Shown: positions 1 to 12,940, counted from the first letter of the whole stretch. The stretch: 59,233 nucleotides of DNA, filler included, from Sphacelaria rigidula (GCA_964200075.2; 6 parts of 6 records of this genome joined end to end with filler, not necessarily neighbours in it); one strand, 5' to 3'. Notes: generated by a model not told the origin, from the sequence alone. Numbers and translations: made by a program.

Positions 1-140
1 GTGTGTGGGTTGAGCTGGTGTTGAGGGGAGTAGTAAGAGGGGAGTGGAGGGGGAGGGGGTGAGGGGGGGGGGGGGGGTCAAAGTGATACAGAAACCAGAC
101 AAGTCGCAGAGAGAGGACGCACAATGGCCATGAAACTCAC

Positions 141-1648
141 ATGCTTCTTGCCGCGAAGCCCAAACGCCAGACGGCGTTAGCGGGCGCGCTTTGGCCAAAA
201 CGAATGAAGGGGTCTCTTTTCAAAGCGAAGAACTGGAAACAGAGATTCCTCAGAAATGAGGTTCTGCATGTAAAAACGTTTGCCAAGTATAGTTCGTGGA
301 AAACGCACAGAGGTGTGTCGATCGGAAGCTCATTGATTTCTTGAGTTCACCACAAAAATATTTGCCGCCACTTGAGCGTCGTAAAAATACAGAATAGAGA
401 GAGGTCAACTTCGAAGCAGCCAACTTGCCTCAGCGGACGGAAGCCGCACATACTGCTTGAGAAACGACGTTATGAACAGGCGGGTGCTACCGTATTGTAC
501 AGTCAAGTATAATCAAGCGCAGCCAGGGACAGTACAGCACCGTGCACAATGACGATGCAGACGCGGTGTTTTTCGAAGTTCTAACACTGTCATACCGGAG
601 CGCGGCGTCCACAGTTGCACCTTTGAAAATATTTCGGAACCATGGCCACTTCGTCTGTAGCAATCGAACCTCACCTCGATATTTACGCCACCGCCATAAG
701 CCAGCACCACAAGGACCCCCGTCATGGGTCTGGGAAGGGGTCAAGGGAGGCGAGAAAGCAACGAAACAGGGTCACGAGATTCAGCTTCGTGCAAGCACAA
801 ACGAAGACGTAAGTTGTTAGATATCTCGGAGAACAGAGGGAGGGAGGTGGACTTCCACTGGTTCACCCGTGCTTTTGCAACCGTTTAGTTCCACCCGTGG
901 CCGGTAGGCTGTAGGATGCAGTGAGTATGTGCTGTACCATACGCCAATCATGTGGCCACGGCTGGACCCCTGGGGATTCAGTTGAAGTGCGACATTCAAT
1001 CTATCAATCAATCAATCAATCAGTCATACGGTACCTTGTGTGTCGTTTAGAACCTTGGGGAACGGATCTGAGAACTGTCCAGTAGAACGGGTCAGATGAC
1101 GGAAAAACTCAGCGATATATATATTTGGGGGGGGGGGGGGGGGGATTGTTTCCTTGGAAGATGTTACTCGTTGTCGCCATCGTCGACACGATGTACCCCT
1201 GTCCCTTTCAATATGTGATTTTATCCTCGTGCTGGTAGCATCAAACTCCGCTTCTCGTCGGACATTTTGTTGAAACAAACGGACTAGTGCGGGCTGCTCC
1301 CTGTCATTGTGAAGTCAAACTGGTGTGGTTGTGAGGTGACTTAGGTAAGCAGTCATGAACATACGTTGTCACAGTCCTTGCATTATCGTGGAACCTCCGT
1401 CTCGGGTTGGATCTCCTAGATGGATATCCGTTTTCGATATGGGCAGCACAAGATATGGACACCCATGCATGGTGGGACCGCATCATGGCACAAGTATGGC
1501 GGAGAAAACACCAAGGGTGGAGGGAAGCTGGATAGGGACACTGTGTCACGTTGCCATGGAAGCTCCATCGACCTTGTCGACTCGGGGCCTCTTCGCGTTT
1601 TCTTGTAAATATTCACATGGACCATCTATCGTTGTTTTTACAGAATAA
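141..1648 (+). pseudogene. Possible highly decayed DUF7869/Sola-like transposase relic
   Basis: ORF 141..344 has NWKQRF...KTFAKYSSW, one nucleotide change per Cys codon from FxKCxxC (compare FMKCHSC in ORF 58605..59138). It is followed by RHLSVVKIQNRER (HL..V..ER-like). ORF 1355..1648 has ISVFD...YGHP...WIGTLCH...LFAFSCKYSHGPSIVV, resembling the segment upstream of the DUF7869 core. The core LQLDN motif was not found. Confidence 0.3.
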
Positions 1649-1653
1649 TCAGC

Positions 1654-1917
1654 GAGAAAGTCATGCTACGATAGGGGGGAGGGGGGGATGGGGAGGAGTG
1701 ATTGGTTCCACGAACAAAAGGACTCAATGGTGTGTCAGACGATCTAACACGTTCGTGGTGCGCCTGTCTCTGGGTGTAAATGGTGTCATGCAATATGAAC
1801 GAGCGTTATCTGTGGGTAACAAGTTCGTTCGAATGACGGTTGCTGCTCCCAGCGACAACTTGAAGTGAAAGTTCGTGAAAGACAGGGCCCAAAATACCCC
1901 CCACCTATCGTAGCACG
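1654..1917. mobile_element. Short TIR element (MITE), CATGCTACGATAGG family
   Basis: Left GAGAAAGTCATGCTACGATAGGGGG (1654); right CCCCCCACCTATCGTAGCACG (ends 1917) is its reverse complement. The same terminus recurs at ~10028-10050 and 59147. No TSD seen. Confidence 0.65.
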
Positions 1918-2897
1918 GTTGGAGAGCTATCTGGATGAATGCTCGCTGCACTAATATGTGTCACAAAAGCCCTACCTGCGCCGTGCTCGATCGGCGCAAG
2001 CTAAAGCAGACGCATGGTCACCAGTGTAGGTATAAACACGTTTGCGTCAGAACAAGGGTTATTGTTGGGGTTAACTTCGCTTATAGGCGGGGACTTCAAT
2101 GCAGTAAAACACGGCGACAACATGGACTAGTCTTAGCAGCCGAGGTAATATAGGTGGCCGTCTTTGCCATCGATGCATCTGTGCTTGGGGATCCAAGATG
2201 GATGGTCATAAATGGCCATCCCAGACTCATATCTTTATCCCGGACGGGTATCCTCGACATCCTATGTAGACGTGTTATCTCAGACGAACGACGTCAATGT
2301 ACATCCTCATCCCAGATTGTGCCTCGACGACTATGCTTGGCCTCCGGCTGAAAGTACTGGGCGGATGGGTCGTTATGTTACAATAATGTGAAACACATCT
2401 AGCGTTTTAATCCGTGCTGTAAAACACTAAGAACGCAACGATTCCAATACTTGGTGGTACAGCATAAGAAGGTGATATTAGGTGATCATTATGAAGGGGA
2501 ATGTGATGCGCGGGAGCTGTAGGGATCACGGAAAGAAGTCGAGGTCAAGCCTTGCGAATGCGCAATGTTGAAATTCAATGTCAATGATAGACATTGAAAA
2601 TCAGTGGGATACCATATGCCGATTCATGTGACCTTTCTATATACCACTGAGCATATCGGAAGTACAGAAGTAGGGAAGTTGTACCACCAAGCGTTAGACT
2701 GTACAAAAAGATTAACCGTTAGGCCAAGTATGAGGTTAGCTGTGGGGTCAAATATGAAGAGGGCAAGACCAATATCTTAAGCACTACAAGGACCGAGGGA
2801 CGAAAAATCAAATGCAAGAAGATGAAGAAATGAATGATCAAATCGTACGTCTCGAATAGTATATGAAGTGAATGGAAAGAGTTCAAGACGTAAAGTC

Positions 2898-3272
2898 TGT
2901 TGAAAAGGTTACCGCTTGGGCTCACGCCTACCGCTGTCACTCTCCCGAATCTCCCCTCACCAGTTCTCCATCAACTCTCTGTTTTACGAAGGAACTGGGT
3001 TATTATGGGTTGGCCAAATTAGCGCCTACGATACCATTCTACTATCGACTTCTTCATTTTCTGCACGGCGCAAGCACCTTAACAGGTACTGTGTGTGCAC
3101 CTTCTGCGCGCTCTTGTCATCTACCTGGGTTCTGTCCGCCAACACTCGTTGGTAAGTTCTTTTCACTGTCATTGTGTAGGCATACAATGTGAGCCACAGC
3201 TCCCGTCCATCGGGCAGCTTAACACACAGCACGGCAAACTCGACACAGTAAGCCATTACACTAATTTAATCA
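2898..3272 (+). repeat. Putative 5' LTR
   Basis: Starts TGTTGAA, ends TAATCA, followed by a copia-type PBS variant; homologous to 6509..6879. The 5' boundary is approximate. Confidence 0.6.
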
Positions 3273-4080
3273 GATTATGAGACTCGACACGCGAATACAG
3301 TACAGCAGTGAGCACGAGCCAGGTCGACACCCCATTATGGCTGTCAAACAGCAAGGAAGGACTGGGGACGTTCCGTCAAGAAGCGAGTACACCAAAAGCA
3401 ATTGAGATATGATTAGAATAAACACAGAAAGTAAACGATGAAATTCAAATGGACAGCCATCCGTTACTCGAGCCATCCGAAATCTCAGTAAATTTGATGG
3501 TTCCAAATTCATGGAGTGGAAGTGATCCATCCCCTCGTGTTATAATGTCATCAACTCATCTGGAAACTTGGAGAGTTATTCACAGAAGAAGTAGCCCCGC
3601 AGAAATTCATAAGAAACTTAGTCAACGGGATGCAGGAAATTCACAGCTCAGTACTCGAACTGCATGGAGAGTAGGCCCTTTAGCGACACGTTCCCGAGGC
3701 CCTCCAAGATTGACGGCAGCAAAAACAGCAGCGGCTGCGGAAGAGGCAACGGCAGCAGGGAAAGCTGTCTCGTGGCAAGACCCGACAGTCAGAGCAACGG
3801 ACAGTCCACATGTAAGACTAACAATGGCACACAAAATAGCTTCTTATGATGGGCACAATGATCAGCTGTATTATATTCTGTACCTGACCACAAGCTGTCG
3901 CGCGGCCAGCTACCCTTGACCTTCGACCTAGGGGGTTCATAAAGACCCGGCATAAAAAATTGGGGACGGTCTAGTTGCAAGACGAAAATTCGTGAGAACA
4001 TGGACTTGGTATGTTGATGCGACAGTTAGATAGCTCGCCGATGGGTAAAGGGTCAACACCCCCATGCGTTCCACATTGAA

Positions 4081-4953
4081 GTCAATCGATTACGAGACGA
4101 ACTGGTATGTATGGGCGAGACTATTTCCGATAAATGTCTGAATGATATTGTCATTAAAGGTATAACTGAAAAATACCTATACAGATTAAGCAGAGTGCTG
4201 AACGCGATCCCGACTTCAGCGCACAGGAGATAGAGACACCTATGCGTAATATATACATGAACCGTGTTTTCGCTATATATCGTCTAAGGGGCACATAGGC
4301 GTGACAGTGCCATGATTGAAACATTACCTGTAGACCTTGTAGGAAAAATCAACAAGATAAAACAGGTAACGTGCTTCACTGGTGATGAGACAGGTCACTA
4401 CATGCGCGATTGCGGGCCGAGACAGTCTAGAGATAATGGTAGAAAGAAAAAATGGCGTGCTACACACAAGAGTAATCGCCATGACAGCGAAGAATGTAGA
4501 AGTCAGGTCAGCATTAGGGGCGAGGGTAGAAACATCGACAACACCGACGACAACGAAAGGAAGGACGACAACGGCGGGCATCCACATCATCATGCGAACA
4601 CGGTCACCCTGAACAAAAGCACAACTTCGCAGCCTGCAAACGCCACAGTTTCTCACACAGATGCATCTTCGGCGCCAGCGATGGATGAAATCACCTTCAA
4701 GCGAAACACGGTTTTTCTCTTTCACCGAGCCTTCGGACAGCCATCGTGCATCCTTATCGACTTCGTTCTAATAGACTGTGGTACAACAACTCATTATCTC
4801 GACAGTGAATATTTACCTGGAAGTGAGTGTGAAACGTCGAAATTTGTCGAGTCAAGTCTCCCAATCAGTACACTGACAGCAGAACAACAAGCTCGGAACA
4901 CAAGAGGTAAGAGGGAGAATACAGACGATAGTTACAGACCGAATTGGCACTGA
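4081..4953 (+). pseudogene. Copia gag-protease relic
   Basis: VNRLRDELVCMGETISDKCLNDIVIKGITEKY / frameshift / QIKQSAERDPDFSAQEIETPMRNIYMNR (copia gag-like); CFTGDETGHYMRDC (CCHC knuckle with second Cys lost); VLIDCGTTTHYL (copia protease DSGATxH-like). Confidence 0.75.
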
Positions 4954-6508
4954 TCGGTCTGTGCGCCGACCAGCTGTCATAGTTCGAGGACTAGGTGAAC
5001 ATTTAGATTTTGCCATACTAAGCACTCGGAAAGGGAGTAACGACCACATTTTCTGCAAATTCATTTGGACTTGAACGATTTGAAGATTCCGATGGATATT
5101 GATTACAACGGAAGGATAAAAGTATCGACATGAAAGTCACTAAGAAATAAAATACAGTAGTTCAGCACTAACGACTACAGTGGTATCGGTAGAATCAATG
5201 GGTATACGTACAGCTCCGTCTGCTGAGACGAACGTGAGATTCGACCAAACCTCATTGCTTCAGAGTAGAAAAGAGAAGAACGAATAAACAAAAGGTCGTC
5301 ATCGATCAAGTCCACGACTGTAGATCAGAGGAATATATTGACATCTAGACGGAAAAAGAAAAGTTATCACCACCGTCGCCGCCATTAGCAATAGCAGTAG
5401 AATAAGCAGCAACATCCGCAGTCATCTCTTCAAGACAAAGAGGTCTATATCAAGGGATCACTGGGCATCAAGATATTAGATTCATCACTAGGGTAACAGG
5501 TTCGCGACAACTCAGCTATATATCTGGATGGTGTTGGGAGAAGATCAGTTCAGTCACCCGTATACCTGAACAGTTGATTAGTACTTTCTCCTGTGCGGTT
5601 TAACAATAATGCAGACATACCTGTGAAGAGAGTAAAAGGAGTACAAACATGAATTGCATGCTTTTCTGAATCTCGACTACCCCAAGTAACGCAGTCAGCA
5701 GGATTAACATCAGTAGCCAGTACCAGAACCTACAGTCCAAGAACACGTCGCGCATTTGAATGTCATCGACAAAAGTGAAAACGTCGACACCCAGGAGGAG
5801 CAGAAGGCGCAACGCCAACAGTAGTAAGCTCGAAAGAACATGTGCTTCCAAGATGATACACAACACCAATGATCCAGTAAGGAGCGACAACTGAGGAGAG
5901 CAGCTACGACACCATCAACGGATAATGAACTCAGTGAACCCAGTAGATGCCAATAGTTTATTGTTTCTTGTATTGAATGAATGTACTAGTGTTAACACAG
6001 GAAGCATTACAAGTAGATGCAGTATAAATACGAGTGTGCGTGTTGAATAAGAACAAGTGTGACTTTCGATGGAATCGGAAATTGTCCGAGTCACACTACG
6101 ATATGTGAGCATCGCACTCATATATCAATTACTGCACTTTTTCGTTTTGCATCGGTATCACGACGAGCACTTTCTGTTTTTCGTGCATGTTGGCTGGAGT
6201 ATGCAGGGGTATGAAAACAGATGAACGACAGCCTGCGTACAAGAATACATGTATACACGCATATACATAATGTGGATGAAGTATTTAAATCTTGTCAGTT
6301 TTTGTATGTATTACTACCATGTAATAATGTTTTAATTCGCTAGTATGCATCATTTGAGGGGAGATGTTGTGCACATTTAAATGATGGATATAACAGACTA
6401 GCAGGACATGGTAAGCCGGTTCATGTGACCTTTTATCTACAGTTTCGTACAGAGAAAATAAGGAAGTATGAAAGATCAATTACCAGGGGGTTGACTGCAT
6501 CGGGAGGC

Positions 6509-6879
6509 TAATCGTGGGGTTAAATAATCAATGATCATATGTACCGTTTCGTCCTCTCATCAGCTCATCAGCTCAATGCTTTACAAAGGGACTGAGTGTT
6601 CCATTCTGGGTTGGCCACATAAGTGCTTGTAATACCATTCTACTATCGACTTATTTTCTGCACGGCGCAAGTAACCCAACAGGTACTGTGCACAGTCTGT
6701 GAGATCTTGTCATCAAGACGAAAGAGCTGGGTCCCTTCTACGAACAGGTTATGATACAATATCTGGACCATCGCTGTGTAGGCACACAATTTGAGCCATT
6801 GTCCCTGTCTGTCGGACAGCGTAACGCACAGTACTTTATGTTTTTACACATTAAGCCACTGCACAAATGCGAAGTATCA
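6509..6879 (+). repeat. Putative 3' LTR
   Basis: Follows purine tract GGGAGGC; homologous to 2898..3272; ends ATCA. Confidence 0.6.
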
Positions 6880-7426
6880 ACCCAAAATGCTTTCAAGCCC
6901 AGAGGCGTATGGATGCGCCGGAACTGTCGACAAGCGACGGTCACCCTTAATTGTTGTGAACATTCCGAACTCACGCCGACGTGGCACATGAGTGAAAATG
7001 GGTACAACACAATTTCCCGCCAAAGCCCAAGCATTACGGGGGCAGAAGCGCTCGTAGATCTAATGAACGGAGCTGCCAGACGTGGTCAGACTTCATAAGT
7101 TGTTGAAAGGATGAAGAGAATTTCACTGAACTCGCAGAGAGCATGCACGCTGTTTTGGAGGAACACCCGTGAGTTGACCGCGAGTAAAAAAAGAATCGAA
7201 CAGCAGTTGACACAGAAAAAGGTCCGTTTGGTTAGTTCTGGAGTAGCCTGAAAACTACGCTGCACCCTCCTGGAAATATGTAAGAAGTCATCATGTTACT
7301 CCAGAAGTAATCCATGAGTCGCTTCTACAGCTCGCCATGCCACTGCTTTCAGACACTGAGTATGACTGGCGAGTCTCTTTACAGGTGCCACACTACCCAT
7401 GTGAACACAATATGCCACACTGACTC

Positions 7427-7638
7427 TAATGCGTGAGATGACCGCGTGATTAAGGGACAACCGCACCGTAGTTTAAAACACCTCAGGATCGACGTTTTTC
7501 AAAACCAATCGGGCCAGTCCCTGCAGGGACCACGCCCCCGACCCTAAAACCCCGACACTAACTCTAACACTAACCCCAACTCTAAGGATGCTTAAATGCC
7601 GATGCGGTCCGCTAAGTACACGGTCCTATCACGCATTA
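7427..7638. mobile_element. MITE with ~55-bp imperfect TIRs, hAT-like TSD
   Basis: Left TAATGCGTGAGATGACCGCGTGATTAAG; right end read on the reverse strand TAATGCGTGATAGGACCGTGTACTTAG. Flanks CACTGACTC / CACTGACC (near-perfect ~8-bp TSD). Internal degenerate CCCTAA-like repeats. Confidence 0.75.
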
Positions 7639-9359
7639 CACTGACCGTTCTCTGTGTGAGGGCGAGGTCAACTACCTTGTCAACCGCTTGTGCAAATTCA
7701 GAATCCGTTTCGCACTATGTATCCGGAGGTGCTGAACGCCGACTATAATAGAACTTTACTATGTGTAGATACACAGTCTCCTAATGGAGTCTGGGATGCT
7801 CCGCACGATCACGCTTCATACTTCATTATAAGAAGCAGAGGAGAGTTTGCTCAATTTGCATGGCACCAACCCCCTTCGGGAAGATTTTTGTGAGTGAGAA
7901 AGAGAGAGTGGAGCATCATCTCACCTGTACACCCAGGCGAACAGAAGGCAGAACTGTGAAAAAACGCGTTCCCAGCACGCCCTCGTCGATCCGGGTATGC
8001 TCGTGACCCGCGTCTTGGCCAGGAGAAACAGAACCAGGACGCACTAGTGGAAGACCGCGGTAGCATCAGACAGATCGGTGGGAGCGGAGAGGTTGCTACA
8101 AGTATTTTGATCCAAAGCACTTTGAGGGGAATGTAAGCACCCACTGGAGCATGCTTGCATAAGCATGACGCTTTTCAGGCGAGGTGTTGCCGACAAATAC
8201 CGGGCCACGTTTCTGGTCAACAGGTGCATTCACCTCCAACGTTGCTCACATTTTTGTGTGTTCGTCACGCGTCACCGAGTTTCGATTCCATCTCTAAAAA
8301 AAAAGGCGTTCCGCAACAACAGTGAGTGCCTTTCTAAACAATAGGCCCTGACCACAATAGTTTCAGTAAGGATCACGTGCTCCATGTCGAGTGCACGAAC
8401 ATCAACGGCATTTTGTCTGGGAAGCGAAGATATCGGCGATAAGCGAACAATCCCAAACGGCTAGCGAAAAACGTATACATTATGGGTGGTGAAGATATGT
8501 GATCAAAGCTTTCGCCAAGTATCTTGGTGTGTGGACGCCGTACTGCTTGCGCGGTTGTGTTGTTCCAGAAGTATTAGGTTGAATGCAAGTTAGGCCATGG
8601 ATCCACATTTGTGCTTGATTTTCTTGGCTTCATCTCGGCATGTAGGGAGATTTACACCCGAGTCCCAACCAAATTTTCAAGCAGTGTCCCTCGCCGAAGC
8701 GGTAGTTTGTTCCAAAAGGCGGCTTAACCACCTCCCCGATATCTCAACCGTAGAATATACGTCGCGCAGTGCATGTTTCGCGTGCACTCCATGACGAGAC
8801 ACGGAGGTGATCGCAGCAACTAGTGCAACTAGAGAGACCGCCGCACCTACGCAGTACAACAACGAACGCGAATCCTTCATTTTCACTTCGTGAGCCGTCA
8901 CTGCACCTGAAAGAGATTGAGGGAGAGGAAGAACGATACGTAGACGGCAAAGCATTTATCGTCGGACGGGTGACGCATCCTGTACTTCCATGTCCGGGCA
9001 GCGATTGCGATGCACCCGAAAACGTGCATCAGTATCAGCATCAAATGAAGCCACCTGCGGGGAAAGGGTTAACGGGAAAGTTTGCACATCGCTTCATGGT
9101 AGGCACACCACACGTCGTGATGCAACACGACGCAGCGCACGTCGTCGAGCAATACCTGTCGACCACTTGCAAGACCGCTCGAGTATTTTGTGCCACAGTA
9201 CTTGCTAGTTCCACCCTAGGTCTATTTCTTTCTTTTTTGCTTTGTTTGATTTTCTCATACCTTATTACAGGTAGCTAGCCTGTGACCACGGAAGGCGTCC
9301 GCATCAGATGCCCAGTACGAATGTACCACGCAGATATCGGAACGGTTTTTCATGTGAAG

Positions 9360-9386
9360 ACAACAACAACAACAACAACAACAACA
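9360..9386. repeat. (CAA)n microsatellite
   Basis: About 9 tandem CAA units. Confidence 0.9.
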
Positions 9387-9419
9387 AGTACTGGGCATCT
9401 GAACTGTTCATATTGATAA

Positions 9420-9775
9420 TTTCTTCGTACTTGGCATTTTTTTCAGGCTCTTTCACTTGCCACCACTCATGACATTGAGGACCTGAAGATACTTGTATCC
9501 GCCCCACACTCCAGAAAAAAACATATGTACTCAATATTGAGTGACGTACGGGATAATCGGCCATCGGAGGTCTTGCTACGTTTCAGCCCAGCTTCTGACT
9601 CTTCGGTATTTTCGGTCGACCGAGCCTGTCCCGATCGTATTTGCAAAAAAATGTGCAGGATTTGTTTTCTGACATTTCACCTGCTCATTGCGCTAGAGCC
9701 GAATAACTCTGTTTCACGGTCAATAATACACTCCTGATCAACGGGGTATCTGCGCGTAGCGCCCAATAACACCAA
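9420..9775 (+). repeat. Interspersed repeat, homologous to 31030..31390
   Basis: Collinear shared blocks TGTACTCAATAyTGAGTGA, ACGTTTCAGCCCA, TGTCCCGATC, CTCCTGATmAACGGGGTAT. Confidence 0.85.
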
Positions 9776-9790
9776 TAACATCAAGTAACA

Positions 9791-9890
9791 NNNNNNNNNN
9801 NNNNNNNNNNNNNNNNNNNNNNNNNNNNNNNNNNTTAATTAATTAANNNNNNNNNNNNNNNNNNNNNNNNNNNNNNNNNNNNNNNNNNNN
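9791..9890. other. Artificial contig spacer (44 N + TTAATTAATTAA + 44 N)
   Basis: Same 100-bp linker occurs 5 times; the 12-mer gives stops in all six frames. Confidence 0.98.
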
Positions 9891-10050
9891 CCCTGCAAAA
9901 GAGAAATGCCACTTCAACCTCATTTTTTATATGGACCCCATTCTTTAGGATCCACTGTTCATTGCTGCTTCTACGACGATTCGCAGTGGAATTTTGAGAA
10001 AAAAATGGCTCAAAATCCCCCCCGCTTCCCTATCGTAGCATGAATATTTC
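9891..10050. mobile_element. Right end of a CATGCTACGATAGG-family TIR element, truncated by the contig start
   Basis: CCCCCCCGCTTCCCTATCGTAGCATGAATATTTC is the reverse complement of the family terminus. Confidence 0.6.
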
Positions 10051-10499
10051 GTGTTTATTGATGTCTGAGCTGTAGGTGTGAACATGTCTTTATTTACGTG
10101 ACGCATTTATCCGTCTGTTGGGTTAAACTACCCGGGCTATTCGAGGGGCGTGGGTTTGTACGTCTTTCCCGGCATGTCGTGCATCTGCCCTGACAGGCGT
10201 CTACCAAAAGAGCCGTCGGATTTGAGTAGAAGCGTTGGATTTCAACGGAACGGGCTTTTGCTCGGTAAGTCACGTTTCCCCCTCATCGAGTTTATTCTTC
10301 CTTCAGAGCGCTCTCGTTACTGATGTACTAGATCAGGGGGGGGTGTTCCCGTGAACAGATGAAGTCAATGGTATCTCCGTAGATGCGGGGAGATCCGGCT
10401 GACGTGCGGGTCTTGATAGCTATGTGAGTGTGAGTATTGAACTGCACGGGGTTCGTCATAGTGTGTGCCCCTCATTCAACTACTCTGCTTCAGAAATCC

Positions 10500-11065
10500 A
10501 CTCCTGAATAATAACTCCATTTGGGTGATCTAAAAACCACCTATGCTTTGCCGAGGGCTAACCAATACGATCTTCCTCTCTATGGTGCTTCCCTTGGCGT
10601 CACCTTCAAGCTACAGTATTCAACATGCGCCCCATAATTCTCCCGCACCATATTGTCTCCTTCGCACGAGCTGATCACTATACGCCCTTCACCATTTGTC
10701 ACTCATTTCGAGCAGATAACTATCCCCTTAGGACTCAGGAGCTCTGTGTCGGCATGCCGGAACCCTGAAGCGCGAGCAGCACGCATTATGTCATCTGGTA
10801 CTGGTGGTAAACCCCAGCTGACAACTGCGAAGGGCAACTCAGTAACCAGTACTCTAGATTCCTCCTTGATCAGGACCGGTATTAGATCCGCGAGACTCAA
10901 GACGTCGAACAGTAGCAAAGCGGCTACTGTGGCAACGGTGGAGCGTGAGCCCGTTCTACAGCATGGCAATGTCGACCCTACGTAGGGTGTCGCTGCTGGA
11001 AGTACGTATATGCAGAGGAGTGATAGGGCGATCAGCGCTTGCGATGGATTGGCGATACCTTTCAC
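10500..11065 (-). pseudogene. Possible decayed copia pol fragment (pre-RT region)
   Basis: LPPVPDDIMRAARASGF and PES*GD...DKW*RA...MVRENYG resemble the P.T...A..S...W..AM..E segment before copia RT; many stops. Confidence 0.25.
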
Positions 11066-12679
11066 CCCTTTCCTAGTACAACTACTCTAGTACCGCTGTC
11101 CTAGCATCGCAGCTATAGCACCGCGAGGACTATTGTTGGTTGCTACCTCTATTGCCTTTGCACATGAACCTACTAGCTGGGCCCCGGATCTACAGGTAGG
11201 TTGCAGGCGGATTATTCTCACCTCAATGTTTAGAGTTGTAAATAATAAAATGGCGTGGTGAATGGGTAGGGCATAATATGTATGTAATTTCAAGTCCTTC
11301 AGACCAACTGCGATGGAAGTCGTCCAAGACTATTGCGGAAATGTCATGAGGAAGGAAGATAGAGAGGCGTTATTTGTTCCTCCAGACAGTTTTTGGGTAG
11401 GTTGACTTACAGATCATTCGATCTGTTCATGGGATTACTCCCATAGTTTTGGGGAAGGTTGGCATGCAGACTTGCGTACCCTAGCCCCGAGGAGGAGGAA
11501 CGCCTTCTCGGGTCTACGTCAGAGAAGTTGCGTTGCTTGCACCCTCGATCACTCTTCGAGCTGGGCCCTCTGCATCTACTGCTTACCTTCGGTGAGAACA
11601 GTGCGCCAGGCGAGCAAGCGAATAATAAGCGAGAATAACACGACACCAAGCCTTCGAGCTCCTTTGTTTGTTTGCTACTGTTGACCAACAGTCGTGGGAA
11701 CCGGTGTATGAATCACACACCTGCAGCTTGTTCTGCTCGGACACATTGCACCATGTGCATTTTACCAAGCTTGCAGCACATTGGCAAATACTCATCTAGG
11801 AAGGTGTGTGGAGCTTTCCATATTACACTGACGTCGACATAATTCGCCGTGTCTTTCTTGGTTCTTCAGTAGCCTTTCGCTCGTATTCTTGTAGCCTCGT
11901 TGCCTTGTTTAGCTGTCTCTTCCTCTAGCCCTCGTTTACTGCTCCTCGCTTTTGGTTGGCCGTGTAGTTTCCCTTTTTTTTGTAGCAGTCTCCACAGTCC
12001 CTGGTTTTCATTTAGCTTTCAGAGTGCTTTCGTTTTTACTGTGTGACAGTGCTGTTATTCTGCATCTGTTCGGTCGCATTTTCCCACCTCCACTGCAGCA
12101 GCCACAATTCCTCCACCGCTGGCACACTCTGTTTTTTGTTCTTCTCCTGCTTTGGTCGCTCCTTTTGCTGAGCCCGCACTCTTAATCTGTAGTGCCCTTG
12201 TCCTCTTGTCATTGTCCTCCTGCCCCACATCGTTTGACGAATATCCCGTCCAGCGCTGTGTCAGATTGCTCGTTGCAGCCCCTTGCAGGCAGTTGACATT
12301 TTACCTTGGTGGACAGACCCAACACAAGCCGCTTTTATCTTACGGCGCAAGCGACTACCCTTGATCCTTGCAGGACGTTGACACTACTTGTGTGCCGCTG
12401 CTGTGTCTATCATGAGGTGTTCACACACCCTTGGCACTTACTGTTTTTGTGTTCTGGTTCACCGCTTGCAACCCACACGTTGACTTATTTCGGTGCAGCA
12501 ACTGAGTAGGTAGTAACTGCCGCTCCACCGTGTAGCAGTACTGTAGTGCACATTTTCTGTTCTCCCGGGCGACAAGCTGCCCTGACACGATTACTCACTA
12601 GTATCGGTGCTGTACTTCTGTCACCACACCCTCTCTCAGATTTATACAACACCCCAGCCCCGCTTCTCAAACTTCCCGC

Positions 12680-12940
12680 CGGGTGTGTACTCCGCGATCC
12701 ACATTTCATCCTTTTGGGTGTGTACTACGCGATCCACTTTTTATCTTTGGGTTGTGTGATACGCGACACACTTTTCATCTTTTGTGTGTGTACTGCGTGA
12801 TACATTTTTCATCTTTCGCGTGTGTACTACGTGTCACATTTTTCTCATTTGGTTCTGTACTGCGTGATCCACCCTTTGGTCGCATCCTACGTGATTCACC
12901 TTTTCCTTTTTGGCAGTGTACTACCTGGTTCATTTTACGA
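12680..12940 (+). repeat. ~34-bp degenerate tandem repeat (~8 units)
   Basis: Consensus approximately GGGTGTGTACTACGCGATCCACTTTTCATCTTTT, decaying rightwards. Confidence 0.85.

Larger units (their letters stand above)
2898..6879 (+). mobile_element. Degenerate, internally deleted Ty1/copia LTR retrotransposon
   Basis: Two diverged ~370-bp direct repeats sharing e.g. GGGTTGGCCA, ATACCATTCTACTATCGACTT, TTTTCTGCACGGCGCAAG and AACAGGTACTGTG. PBS-like GATTATGAGACTCGAC (3273), gag/zinc-knuckle/protease relics inside, purine tract GGGAGG before the second repeat. No recognisable integrase or RT. Confidence 0.75.

Noticed and set aside
9835..9846. TTAATTAATTAA recurring every ~9.9 kb as a biological periodic motif
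   Set aside because: Always centred in N runs; it is an assembly linker.
12680..12940. CRISPR-like array
   Set aside because: Units are contiguous degenerate tandem copies without unique spacers, there are no cas genes, and the context is eukaryotic.
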